64,000 nucleotides of DNA from Perkinsela sp. CCAP 1560/9. Taxonomy: Eukaryota; Protista; Euglenozoa: Kinetoplastea. Where the stretch lies: the NCBI GenBank assembly GCA_965644495.1, contig CBFFSA010000007.1:620001-684000 (forward strand), given 5' to 3'. Both the position numbers and the translations under genes were made by a program. Of this stretch, positions 23,594 through 33,057 are shown piece after piece; position 1 is the stretch's first letter; each line of letters starts with the position of its first letter. The notes beneath the pieces were generated by a model, which was given only the letters and a program-made list of their open reading frames with translations, made no database searches and was not told the DNA's origin.

Positions 23594-23837
23594 ATAGCGT
23601 TTTACAGCTTCGGTTAATTTCCATACAAGCGCAATTTTCCCTTCTTGCGCGCTTTCGCGAAAAGGAAGGCATATCTTCTTTCAGATCTCCTTCCACGGGG
23701 GTATCTGCGCATGGGAGGAAGAGAAAGAAGCTCCATGAAAGGAAGTATTGCTTCTATATTTTCTGGTTCATGCGGCCTATTTACGTCGTTTACTATTCTT
23801 TCGAGCAATGTTCCTTCGGGGGACGCATCCTCCGTTC

Positions 23838-24240
23838 AAAACAAAAATCATTCCGGATTGCTCCGGATGGTCACTGGCAAGCCAGACCCTTCACAGACAG
23901 ATTTGGAAGTTCCGAGGCCGACGTCCTCTACCAGTTCCCGCTTGCCCAAGGCGGCACCAACGCGCTGTTACCAACACGATGAGCCCACGAATTGTACGTC
24001 GACACGGCTCACCCAAGAGGTGTGAGCCGGGTAAGGGAGCTGGTTCCATGAGGGGGGGTCCAAAAATCCAAAACAAAAATCCATAATGGGGGGGTCCGGG
24101 ACGGTCCTCCAAGTACTGGGCCTAGTCGGTTCTCAGCCAAGCCTCTTAGAGTGGCCGCCGGGAATAATGCGTTGAGCGGGTTTGAACTCGCCGTCTGAGC
24201 ACCATGTTCTTCAAACTTTGAATTCTTGCCACTCCGCCAA
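23838..24240 (-). mobile_element. SINE family 1, near full-length copy
   Basis: A box (complement CCACTCCGCCA near 24229-24239), B box, body and tail present; small internal insertion near 24055-24090. Confidence 0.85.
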
Positions 24241-24270
24241 CACAAAGGCTTTACGCGCTAAAAACCGGAA

Positions 24271-24790
24271 TCAAAAAAATAATTCATGATAGTTTATATA
24301 TTTAACATTTACCATTTTTTCACTTTTTCGCCTCTCAATCAACGCTTTGAGGCGAGCATCGAAACTCAAAACAGTTTTATCAATCATTTTGTGTGGCAAA
24401 CGAGACCACGCATTGCGTATGCATCGGATGAGTGAGGATTTGTCTGATGGGGTCTTCTCGTCCACCACCTCTTGGACCATAGGCCAGGCGTTTTCTATGG
24501 GGGAAAGGTCTGGTGAATTGGGGGGCCAATTTTTCGATAGATCTTTCATTCTATTCCAAGTTTTGCTCCAATTTCTTCGAGATTCAATACATTCTTTTCG
24601 TTCAGGGCTCAAAGTGTATTCTGGGGTCAAGTTTTCTTCGCTAAGGTATTTTCTTACAATCTTTACTGAGAGGTTAAAATAACGAGACAATTGCTTTTTT
24701 GGTACACCTCGACCGTATCTCATCCTCAATAGAACTTTTCCACTGTTTGTAAGTCCCCTTTTCGGCAACCGAAATGCGGATTTAGGCATT
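24271..24790 (-). pseudogene. Internally deleted Tc1/mariner transposase
   Basis: HTH-like N-terminus fused to WPPNSPDLSPIENAW; first two catalytic Asp regions are missing. Confidence 0.8.
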
Positions 24791-24919
24791 TTTGGGAAAG
24801 AGTGAATTTTTTTTTTTGAAGTTTTTAAAATGAGCTGAAAACAGCGGGAACGTGGAGATCTCAAATTTTTGAACGACAAAGCGGTGCCGTAACCACCTTT
24901 ACTCCCCCTGTACAAAAAA

Positions 24920-25180
24920 AAGAGGGGGGTGACTTATTCGCTGTGGGGGGTTTGTAATAGAAGAAAAAAATATAACAGGGGGCTCCGGTGGTCGAAAACT
25001 GAAAAAAAAAATTGAAAAAAATGGGGGGTCCATGGGGGGGGCATACGTCGCGATTTTTTTTTTCGAATTTTTTGCTTTTCGAAATCGAGCGCAGGGAAGT
25101 GGTAGAGTATGCCGCGGCGATAATTTTCCACCCCCCCCCCCCTGGTACGCGCAGGAAGGGTCTGACAAGGTCAAAATTTG
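24920..25180 (-). repeat. Inverted copy of the 7379-7636 repeat
   Basis: Reverse-complement identity visible by eye. Confidence 0.85.
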
Positions 25181-25754
25181 GAGCATTTGCGCACTCGAAA
25201 AATTCGATTTTTCGAAAAACGTTCGAAAACGTTCGTTGAATCTTCAACGAACGGGCCCTCAAGCCGGTTTGTATTTCGTATGAAATACAAATTTATATAG
25301 GATAGCGAGGGAGTAGTATCTCCCTCAGCAAGTAACATACTTGTAAGTGTATAAGTAACACTCTTTTTTCTAAAAGGAAAAGAAATATTTTTTTGTTTTC
25401 AAAAATGGTCCAAAATAGCGGGAAGGTAGATTCAGAGCCCCGAACTACCCAATACTAAAAATATACCCAATACCAGCGAACTACCCAATACTAAAAAAAG
25501 CACGTTGTGCAGCAAGAGGTTAACTAAAGGAGGCAGCAAGCATACAGCAAAAGAAAAAACTACATCAGCGAACAATACTGAAGGAAAATCAAGACAACTC
25601 GACAAAGTCAAGTAGTGAAGAAAGAGCATCAGATTCATATAAAAGATACGCAAGACGTGTGAAGCTTAACTAAAATTTGGAAATAGTGTTTCTAAATATT
25701 TTTTGCATTACGGTTCTTTTGTTTAATGGTGTCTCCATACTGTTATGGCAAAAA

Positions 25755-27014
25755 TTACCAAGCAAGGAAAGTAGATTTTCTTGGGAAATTGTGAGCAACA
25801 CTCCTCGTTAAGTTAGCTTGAGAGTTTCCCTTTATATTCTTCATAGACCTAGGGAAAAGGATTGAGCGGAAACAAAAAGACATATACTGAAGGTCCGCAT
25901 ACTTGGAATACATGTCAACAAAATAATTGGATTGCATGAATCGTTGATTTACACTGGTATGTGCTTGTGGGTATTCGTACTTGAGAATCGAATTTATTGA
26001 AAGCCAGTTGAACCTCCAACAGCGAAGAAAGCAGTGTGGACGTGGGCGTCTAGATATTTGAAAATATTTTCTGCATGTATATTTCCAAACGGATGCCATT
26101 AAAGTACCCCTCGATATACGCAAGGTTGGATTAACTTCGTCCATAGGCGGAGCAGAAACTACAGAAGAGGTATCAACAAAAGTTCTCTGAATCGGCTTGG
26201 GAACGAAATACGGTCGCGGAGAGAAGTTTAAGCTGCTTAAATTAGGACGTGGATCCGAGCGCCTCGCTCGAGAAAAGTTGTTGTTGACGCTTGCCACATG
26301 GTGGCATTCCTGCTCTAAGGAAGTACAGGTTGCAGTTCTTCTACGGTGCTCAATTTCCTTGTATGTGGTTTGCTCGATGTTAAACCACTCAACTGGGGGC
26401 CCAAGAAAAATAACAGGTAGAGGCACAGAGGGAAGACTCAAAGGTAACTTGTGCAGAGATGCATCCTTTACACTTATAAAACATTTTTTCGTAGGTGCAT
26501 AGTATTGCACATGCCTTGCTGCAAAGACTAGCAAGCGGCTTTTCGAGACCGCATCGTGAACGCGTCGCCACTTGGAGTTGTAATACACTGAAGGGGAGGA
26601 GGAAGCACATGTTACTGGATGATGCTTTAGAAAGGCCGCGATGTGCTCTTCTGTGGCATAGTTCAGTGGGGCCGCAATGGTCGTCGGACGAAAAAGGATT
26701 CCGCGTTCCCCAGATTTTATAACTGCATCATTGTTTTCAAAAAACCTCCTCGTGCCCCATTTTTGGGATGAAAAAGACTTTGTGGAGGGAGATTGCTCAA
26801 GCAAGTCACACAATTCTGCGTTAACCGGAGATTTCGTCCTTATATTAATGTAAATTGACATTGCCTGGGTTAGTTGCACTAGGCTAGATACAACATGTAC
26901 GATAACAAGGTACAACGTAACAGTAAATCGAGGTTTTATACATGAAGTTTTAATCATGAAGCACAATTTCTGGTTACGTGAATAATTCAGATTTTTTTTA
27001 CTTTGACGATTCAA
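25755..27014 (-). CDS. Hypothetical protein
   Basis: 419-codon ORF co-oriented with the minus-strand cluster; no motif recognised; true ATG start uncertain. Confidence 0.5.
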   Translation of the reverse strand: MNRQSKKNLNYSRNQKLCFMIKTSCIKPRFTVTLYLVIVHVVSSLVQLTQAMSIYINIRTKSPVNAELCDLLEQSPSTKSFSSQKWGTRRFFENNDAVIKSGERGILFRPTTIAAPLNYATEEHIAAFLKHHPVTCASSSPSVYYNSKWRRVHDAVSKSRLLVFAARHVQYYAPTKKCFISVKDASLHKLPLSLPSVPLPVIFLGPPVEWFNIEQTTYKEIEHRRRTATCTSLEQECHHVASVNNNFSRARRSDPRPNLSSLNFSPRPYFVPKPIQRTFVDTSSVVSAPPMDEVNPTLRISRGTLMASVWKYTCRKYFQISRRPRPHCFLRCWRFNWLSINSILKYEYPQAHTSVNQRFMQSNYFVDMYSKYADLQYMSFCFRSILFPRSMKNIKGNSQANLTRSVAHNFPRKSTFLAW

Positions 27015-27364
27015 CGTGAATATTCCTGATGAGTCCTGTCCCCATGTTTTCTGCAGTTCCCTACTACTACACTACTATACTAGCTCAGTGAAATATTTTG
27101 AACTGCTACATTTTAACGGTCGATAATTCGAATTGATACATGTATGTTTGTCTAGTGTTTGAACATTTAATTCTGCTTCGTTTACTAAAATTTCGAAAGC
27201 GGCCTAATGAGCAACGTTTTCTAATGGAGCCGACTAAAGAACACAGCCGCTGTTGTGAAACCCAGGTGAAGGGTATGTCATGTGGTGAAAGGTCGACTTT
27301 TCGTCCTGACTCTGCCGATTAACGTTAAGTAAACGTAAATCCAGCCATGAGCATACTCCACACG

Positions 27365-29566
27365 CTAAAGAAGTAGCAATTTTTCGATTACTGCGTGTAT
27401 TTGTAGAAATAGAGCTTTCGTTAACATTTTCGATTCACTCTGAAACAATAAAAACTCTTGCAGCAATGCGCCTACTGTCTCATAAGTTAATTCACATGAA
27501 CGCAGTCGTGTACGAATTGATCTCAAAAGTGCTTCGTCTGAATTCAATTCGTTCAATTCTGTGCTAATCGTCGCTAATAGCAAACTACTGTATGCAGCCA
27601 CAAGACAATGCGCGGTGCTAAGATAAGACTTTTCGGTGGACGTAAAATATAATGATATCTGACACAGCAAGGAATTGATAAAGTTTATGTGACGCCCTAG
27701 GTATCGAGATGACTTCATATTCCGTTCTCTATCGGAAAGACGAGTACACAAATCATTAATCGTCGTAGGTGATTTGCATAGGTTGCAGAGGGTTCCTAAA
27801 ACAAGAGCTTTAACTTCAACGGCCTCTTCTATCAGGCCAGAAATTTTTCTACCAAAAAGATCATGAATATTGCAAAACAAATCAAGATATACATCCTGAC
27901 TCATCAATTCAGCGCAAACATGATTATTGGAGAGGTTAAGAAGAATTTTAGCACAGCTTAAGTGCCTTTCCACTTCTCGCGTGTTGAAAGGCTTATCGAC
28001 CAATATCGCTTTAATCGCACGACATATATCTAGCAATGCGCCGTTAGTGTCTACATTCGTACTCTGTCGTATGATCTTCTCCGATATTCTACTCTCAGCG
28101 CTATCTTTACTATCACTTATCAAACACGTTAAACTTAGCTCCTCAATACACGAAAGAGAGGCAAGAATTATGGAACGAAGGTTTGAATCCAAATCTTTAG
28201 AAATATACTCTTCAACAATTTTCATAAAGGACTCGGAGTGCAGAAGTTGAAAACATGTTGTCTGTGCCACACTCAGTGCCCTTGGACTTGAAATATCCGT
28301 CGTGACGTGAGGCGACGATAAGCTGTGCTCTTCTGGACATGAAAAACTTAGAAAAGAACGCTGTGAATTTGGACTACCCTCTCCTTGACTTTGTGATACT
28401 TTAATATCACTCTCTTCCTCATCCAAAGCTTCAGGATTTTGAGCCCAAGATGGTTGAAGAATTATGGTGAGCAACTTTAAATACCCGAATAGGGTTCTGT
28501 GCGAGGTTTTCCATGCTTCGTATACGTGCTGTGAGATGTGACTTGAAGATACGAGAATCGATGTATTTTCTTGATCAGTGCCTTGATCCATTCCAGACCG
28601 ACGCTCTATGGGAAGAGATAGTTCATGTGAACGCGTACTTTGATCAACTTTCTTCATGTTCAATTGAGTTTCTACTCTTTTACCAAGCTGTAACCAACTA
28701 CCTTTTCTATAATTTGAGCGCTGTGCATTAAACTCTGAGCGAATAGAATTAGCGCTTGAGGGGTGATTTTCCGGTCTGGACGATATTTCGGATTCTTTCT
28801 CTACTGATTCGCAGATCCTATCGAGTACCATTCTAAGGCATCCATCAGTAAAATACGTATGGTTCGCGTAATCTCGAAAAAGAAGAAACAAAATTTCAAA
28901 GAAATACTCTTTGTCGTCGTTCTTCGCCCATTCAAACTCGGTGTTGCATGACGTAATTGCTTCAACAAAGCTTTTAAAATTTCCGCTCCTGCGCAGGCCG
29001 TTCGTTACCGCGGTTGGTGATTCACGCACCAAAGTATGAAGCTCCTTTAATGTGCTTCGCTTATTTGAAGAGTTTGCAAGCATCGCCGATAAGAAAAGAC
29101 AATGCTCTACGACCGGTGCACATCTATTACTCTGTATGTGAAGTTGACTAGGAAAAACTTCAGAATTTGTTGAAAGAGCAGCAACGGTTTCCTCAACTTC
29201 ATTAGACATTTTCCCTATTTTTTCCCGCGGGGAATGCTTTCCTTTGCCGTTACCCTGATGTACGGAGCCAGTCTCAGAATAAATTCGTTTCGTTCTTGAA
29301 TATGAGTTTGTGTATGTGGATGCATAACGTTCATCAGAAAAGGAAGAGAAAAAAGAGCGATGCTCGGAAGCTTCTTCTTCTAACAAGGAAGTCCCTTTAT
29401 TCTGTGTGGGTAACTTAACATCGCCTAAATGAAAAGGAGGAGTGTATGATTCTTTATTTGTGGTTCCATTCGACATAGGCAAGTCTCTAGAGTTTACGCA
29501 CCGCGCAGCAAAGCTATCTATTTTATCTACTAAATTCCGAGTACTCACGGGACGTCTCTTTGGCAT
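27365..29566 (-). CDS. WAPL: WAPL-like cohesin release factor
   Basis: Disordered N-terminus and helical C-terminal domain ending LVAAYSSLLLA...IR..L...LLQEFLLFQ...IHAVIEKL, matching the WAPL C-terminal pattern. Confidence 0.6.
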   Translation of the reverse strand: MPKRRPVSTRNLVDKIDSFAARCVNSRDLPMSNGTTNKESYTPPFHLGDVKLPTQNKGTSLLEEEASEHRSFFSSFSDERYASTYTNSYSRTKRIYSETGSVHQGNGKGKHSPREKIGKMSNEVEETVAALSTNSEVFPSQLHIQSNRCAPVVEHCLFLSAMLANSSNKRSTLKELHTLVRESPTAVTNGLRRSGNFKSFVEAITSCNTEFEWAKNDDKEYFFEILFLLFRDYANHTYFTDGCLRMVLDRICESVEKESEISSRPENHPSSANSIRSEFNAQRSNYRKGSWLQLGKRVETQLNMKKVDQSTRSHELSLPIERRSGMDQGTDQENTSILVSSSHISQHVYEAWKTSHRTLFGYLKLLTIILQPSWAQNPEALDEEESDIKVSQSQGEGSPNSQRSFLSFSCPEEHSLSSPHVTTDISSPRALSVAQTTCFQLLHSESFMKIVEEYISKDLDSNLRSIILASLSCIEELSLTCLISDSKDSAESRISEKIIRQSTNVDTNGALLDICRAIKAILVDKPFNTREVERHLSCAKILLNLSNNHVCAELMSQDVYLDLFCNIHDLFGRKISGLIEEAVEVKALVLGTLCNLCKSPTTINDLCTRLSDRERNMKSSRYLGRHINFINSLLCQISLYFTSTEKSYLSTAHCLVAAYSSLLLATISTELNELNSDEALLRSIRTRLRSCELTYETVGALLQEFLLFQSESKMLTKALFLQIHAVIEKLLLL

Positions 29567-30263
29567 GAACTAATATGCGGTGCAAACTACGAAAACATGG
29601 ATGTATCTGTTTTAAAAACTCATAAAGTAAAACTTTTTCAAGGTACTAAAGATTATATCGCCTGGGAAATTTAGTTTTCCGGCAACTCGCTTACAAGGAT
29701 CGTGCGCGAGATCCTGTACCGATAAACGTGATCAAAAAATATAATGTGAATTCAGCCTCGCAATACACGCTATTATTCTCGTATCTCTCCAAGGTACAAT
29801 CCTTGGACGGCGACCTGTGTAAATACTGTCCCCCCCCCACTTAAGCGCAACCAGGTTTCAATAATTGCGCAACCAGGTTTAATTGCGCAAGCCGGGTCAA
29901 AAAAAGGGGTGAAAAAAAATCATGAGTTCTGTACGCGGGGTACCCTGGGGGGCTGCTTTTTACATACTCCCCCTGTCATTAAATTTTATAAATTATATTT
30001 TATAACAAAAATTGAAATACACCCAAGCCAAAAATTATTATCGCTAAATTTCATGGCACAAAAAATATTTTTTTTTTAGTTAAAAGTTGTCAATTTTTGG
30101 CGAGAAACATTTTTTTAATTTTTTTGTTCAATTTTACGATATGCAGAATTCTAAAGATACAAGGCTACATCGATTATTATCTGAATGTTAATTTTCGATA
30201 CCTTCTGAGGTGCTCTTTCATGACGTTTTCATGCAAACTGCTTTATTGGTGCCTACTAATCTC

Positions 30264-30845
30264 TCATTTTCCTTTCTCCACTTTTATCTTTGTGCCTTCC
30301 ACCCATTCCTTCTTTATGACCAACGGTGCTCGAAAATCAACACTCCCAACGAGATCGCTATTCCAAGAAATATCGAAGCACGTTAATTGTAACGGTAAGG
30401 TGTGAAAGAGAACTTCTCCTGAAAACTTGTTTCGATTCAGATCGATCAAACTTAGGAAGGGAGGCAAACCGCTTAATGAAATTGGTCCCGAAAACTCATT
30501 TTTAGAGAGATTCAAGAACCTCAGCTGCTTTGGCAAAGACGCAAACTCAACCGGGCCCGAGAGCCTATTCATTGTTAAATCGAGGTACGTGACAGTGTGA
30601 GGCACACTTCCCCATGTAGGGCTTCCGCTCAACGATGCCTCGTGCCACAACACATAGGCGACCTCCCCCGGGGTGGTGCATACGACCTGGGCCCACGAAC
30701 ATGCGGGGTTGTGAATCGTCCACGTGTGGTGTATGTTGTGCATGTCCTGCGTGAAGCGCACGAGGTCATATTCCTGGGGTAGGGCGAAATTTCGTACACG
30801 GCCGGCCCGGACGGTGTCACGAGTGAAACAAGGAGAAATGGTCAT
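30264..30845 (-). CDS. Small leucine-rich repeat protein (plant-type LRR)
   Basis: CSWAQVVC cap followed by repeats LxxLxLxxNxFSGx. Confidence 0.85.
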   Translation of the reverse strand: MTISPCFTRDTVRAGRVRNFALPQEYDLVRFTQDMHNIHHTWTIHNPACSWAQVVCTTPGEVAYVLWHEASLSGSPTWGSVPHTVTYLDLTMNRLSGPVEFASLPKQLRFLNLSKNEFSGPISLSGLPPFLSLIDLNRNKFSGEVLFHTLPLQLTCFDISWNSDLVGSVDFRAPLVIKKEWVEGTKIKVEKGK

Positions 30846-31082
30846 GGGGTTACGAAGTTAAAAAGCTTCTGAAAAGGAAAACGACCACTACACCAGGGGT
30901 AAAGGATTAGAGGTCACGGTTAGAAATGGATTCAATAAAAGATTCAAAAAATGTTGCTTTCAATTAAATCATGTTCTCACAGTGCAATCTACAACATTAG
31001 GGAACGATGAATCATATATGTATGCGAGGTGAATAAGCCTTTCCCCTCTCGTTGGGATTACGCATGACAGCGAATGCGAAAC

Positions 31083-32015
31083 CTATTCCCTCTGAAGATT
31101 TTCTGTGTCATTATATTCTTGGTGCGTTGCAAACCGAAACGAAATGTTGTACTCTTTTGCCAAGTCTAGCAATACGCGCGGATGCGATAAAAAGCCTGAC
31201 CCATATTTCCCATTCTGCGGCGAATACGCCGCCCTCGTCGCGTCCAACACAATACAAACCTCATATCCCGCAGCCGCGATCGTCAACGCGGTGTCCATTA
31301 CACAGAAATCAAGCGCCACGCCACAAACGTACACCCGTCTTAACTTTTCTTTACGAAAAAACTCCGCAAGCGAGACACGTTCCAGTACCGCACAAACATC
31401 CGGGGGAGCATTCACATTGTCTCCCCCCGCACTACACTGCAGCACAAACGACCCCGTCCACTCTAACGAACCGTTCTTCCTTCGTGGGAGTACCCTCTGC
31501 CACTCACCCCGCTTTACCAACGCCTCGGTGTAGGGAAACGCCCCGAAAGAGTCCATATCGGTATGAATCCCTTTATGAACCACCACGACGTGCCGAGGGG
31601 CTTGCGCTCGTAAGGCTTGCAACTTTATGCCCAGAGGTTTGGTAAACTCAGCCCCATAGGAACCCTGAACGCAATGGGGGGGAAAGCCTCCCCCATGGTT
31701 GACAAAACTACAATGGTCTTGGGGATGGTAATCTTTCGTGGCCACGACATGGGCTCCAGAGTCTATTGCTTTTTCGGAGAGCTCCATAATCAAATCCACA
31801 ATTTCGTGGGCTTCAGGAATGGCCAACGAACCGCCGGGCATAAAGTCGTTTTGCATATCAACAATAAGGAAGGCGTCATGGGGGGTAAAGGTCAGGGGGG
31901 AGGGAAGATTAATATTTTTGTTTAAGGGGGAGAGGGAGGGGAGGAGGGGGGAGAGTTTATTTTCGGAGGCGTAGAGCAGGGTGAGGTATTCGTGGAAGAG
32001 GGGGGATGTGGGCAT
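31083..32015 (-). CDS. PNC1: Nicotinamidase/pyrazinamidase (isochorismatase family)
   Basis: VDMQNDF, KDYHPQDHCSF, PPHCVQG, KG...DSFGAF and GVALDFCV motifs; first ATG at 32015. Confidence 0.92.
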   Translation of the reverse strand: MPTSPLFHEYLTLLYASENKLSPLLPSLSPLNKNINLPSPLTFTPHDAFLIVDMQNDFMPGGSLAIPEAHEIVDLIMELSEKAIDSGAHVVATKDYHPQDHCSFVNHGGGFPPHCVQGSYGAEFTKPLGIKLQALRAQAPRHVVVVHKGIHTDMDSFGAFPYTEALVKRGEWQRVLPRRKNGSLEWTGSFVLQCSAGGDNVNAPPDVCAVLERVSLAEFFRKEKLRRVYVCGVALDFCVMDTALTIAAAGYEVCIVLDATRAAYSPQNGKYGSGFLSHPRVLLDLAKEYNISFRFATHQEYNDTENLQRE

Positions 32016-32459
32016 GGAGGGGGGAAAGAGCAAAGACGGGTAAAGAAACAGGTAGGTTTCAGGTTGTGTCGGATTACAAAGGGGAAAGGGTTGTGGACCA
32101 ACTCATCATAATAAGAGAAAAATCCTGTGAAAATATGTTGAGAAATAGTAAAGGTAGTCTTGACCACTAGAAATGCTCTCGGGCGGGCGTACATAATTCT
32201 AAAGGCGTGTTCCGGAAGAGCAAACTTTCTTTTGGGGTGTCTGTACACCTGAACAAAAATGCAAGGAACCTGTCGTGTAAAAATGAAAGGAACCTGTCGT
32301 GTGAAAAGAGTAACGAGGTAGACCTCAAGCATTGTAGTGTATATTTGATCACTGAACGTGATTCAGGAAAGCAGACGAGGAGAAATGGGGCCAATGAGTC
32401 GTACCTTCTACAGCGGTCGAAACGACTACACCGCTATGAATCGCTCTTTCCTTAAGTAA

Positions 32460-32777
32460 TTACCCTCTACGTTCCTTGGTGCGCTTTCTTTGCTCTTTTC
32501 TCCTGGAAAATTCTGCAGCTATTTCATCAGAATCAGAGCCATACAAAGGGTAAATGGTATGGTAAAATTCACTCAAGACGTCTTTACCATCGTCAAAATT
32601 GTTTGTGCCATGTTTGTTGCGCGCCTTCTCTAAGTCCGAATCCGAGAGAGGCAAATAATGGAGATCAATACCCTTTTTTGCATCAACAAAAACTCCCGGC
32701 GAATCAGTCACCATATTTTTGAATACCTCTACACCATTTTCCAAGTCTTCAGCGGTGATTGAGCTCGGCCAAGGCAT
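32460..32777 (-). CDS. Small hypothetical protein
   Basis: ATG-initiated 105-aa ORF, co-oriented, protein-like composition; family not recognised. Confidence 0.55.
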   Translation of the reverse strand: MPWPSSITAEDLENGVEVFKNMVTDSPGVFVDAKKGIDLHYLPLSDSDLEKARNKHGTNNFDDGKDVLSEFYHTIYPLYGSDSDEIAAEFSRRKEQRKRTKERRG

Positions 32778-33057
32778 TTAAACAATCTACAAGTAATAGT
32801 CTGCATAAAAAATAATACGTTGCCCGTCACATCTTAATGAGAGGAAATAAATTAATGTACGGGCGAATGCCTCATGCATAAGAAATACACGACTTCAGAT
32901 ATTCTCGATACATGTCCGTATATCAAATTAATTCCGTATATCAAGTTAAATACGAATCCAGTAACGATATCGGAATAATTTCGTATTCGATCAAAGTTGG
33001 ATAAGTTCACAAACATTACATTACTATAAACACTATAACAAACTATTGTATGATCTT

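Noticed and set aside
11232-24112. Recurrent short ORFs such as NPNHSGLLRMVTGKPDPSQTDLEV
   Set aside because: Translations of the non-coding SINE body; frames are not conserved between copies.
27020-27100. Possible hammerhead ribozyme (CTGATGAG)
   Set aside because: No convincing stem II/GAAA/stem III pairing follows the core motif.
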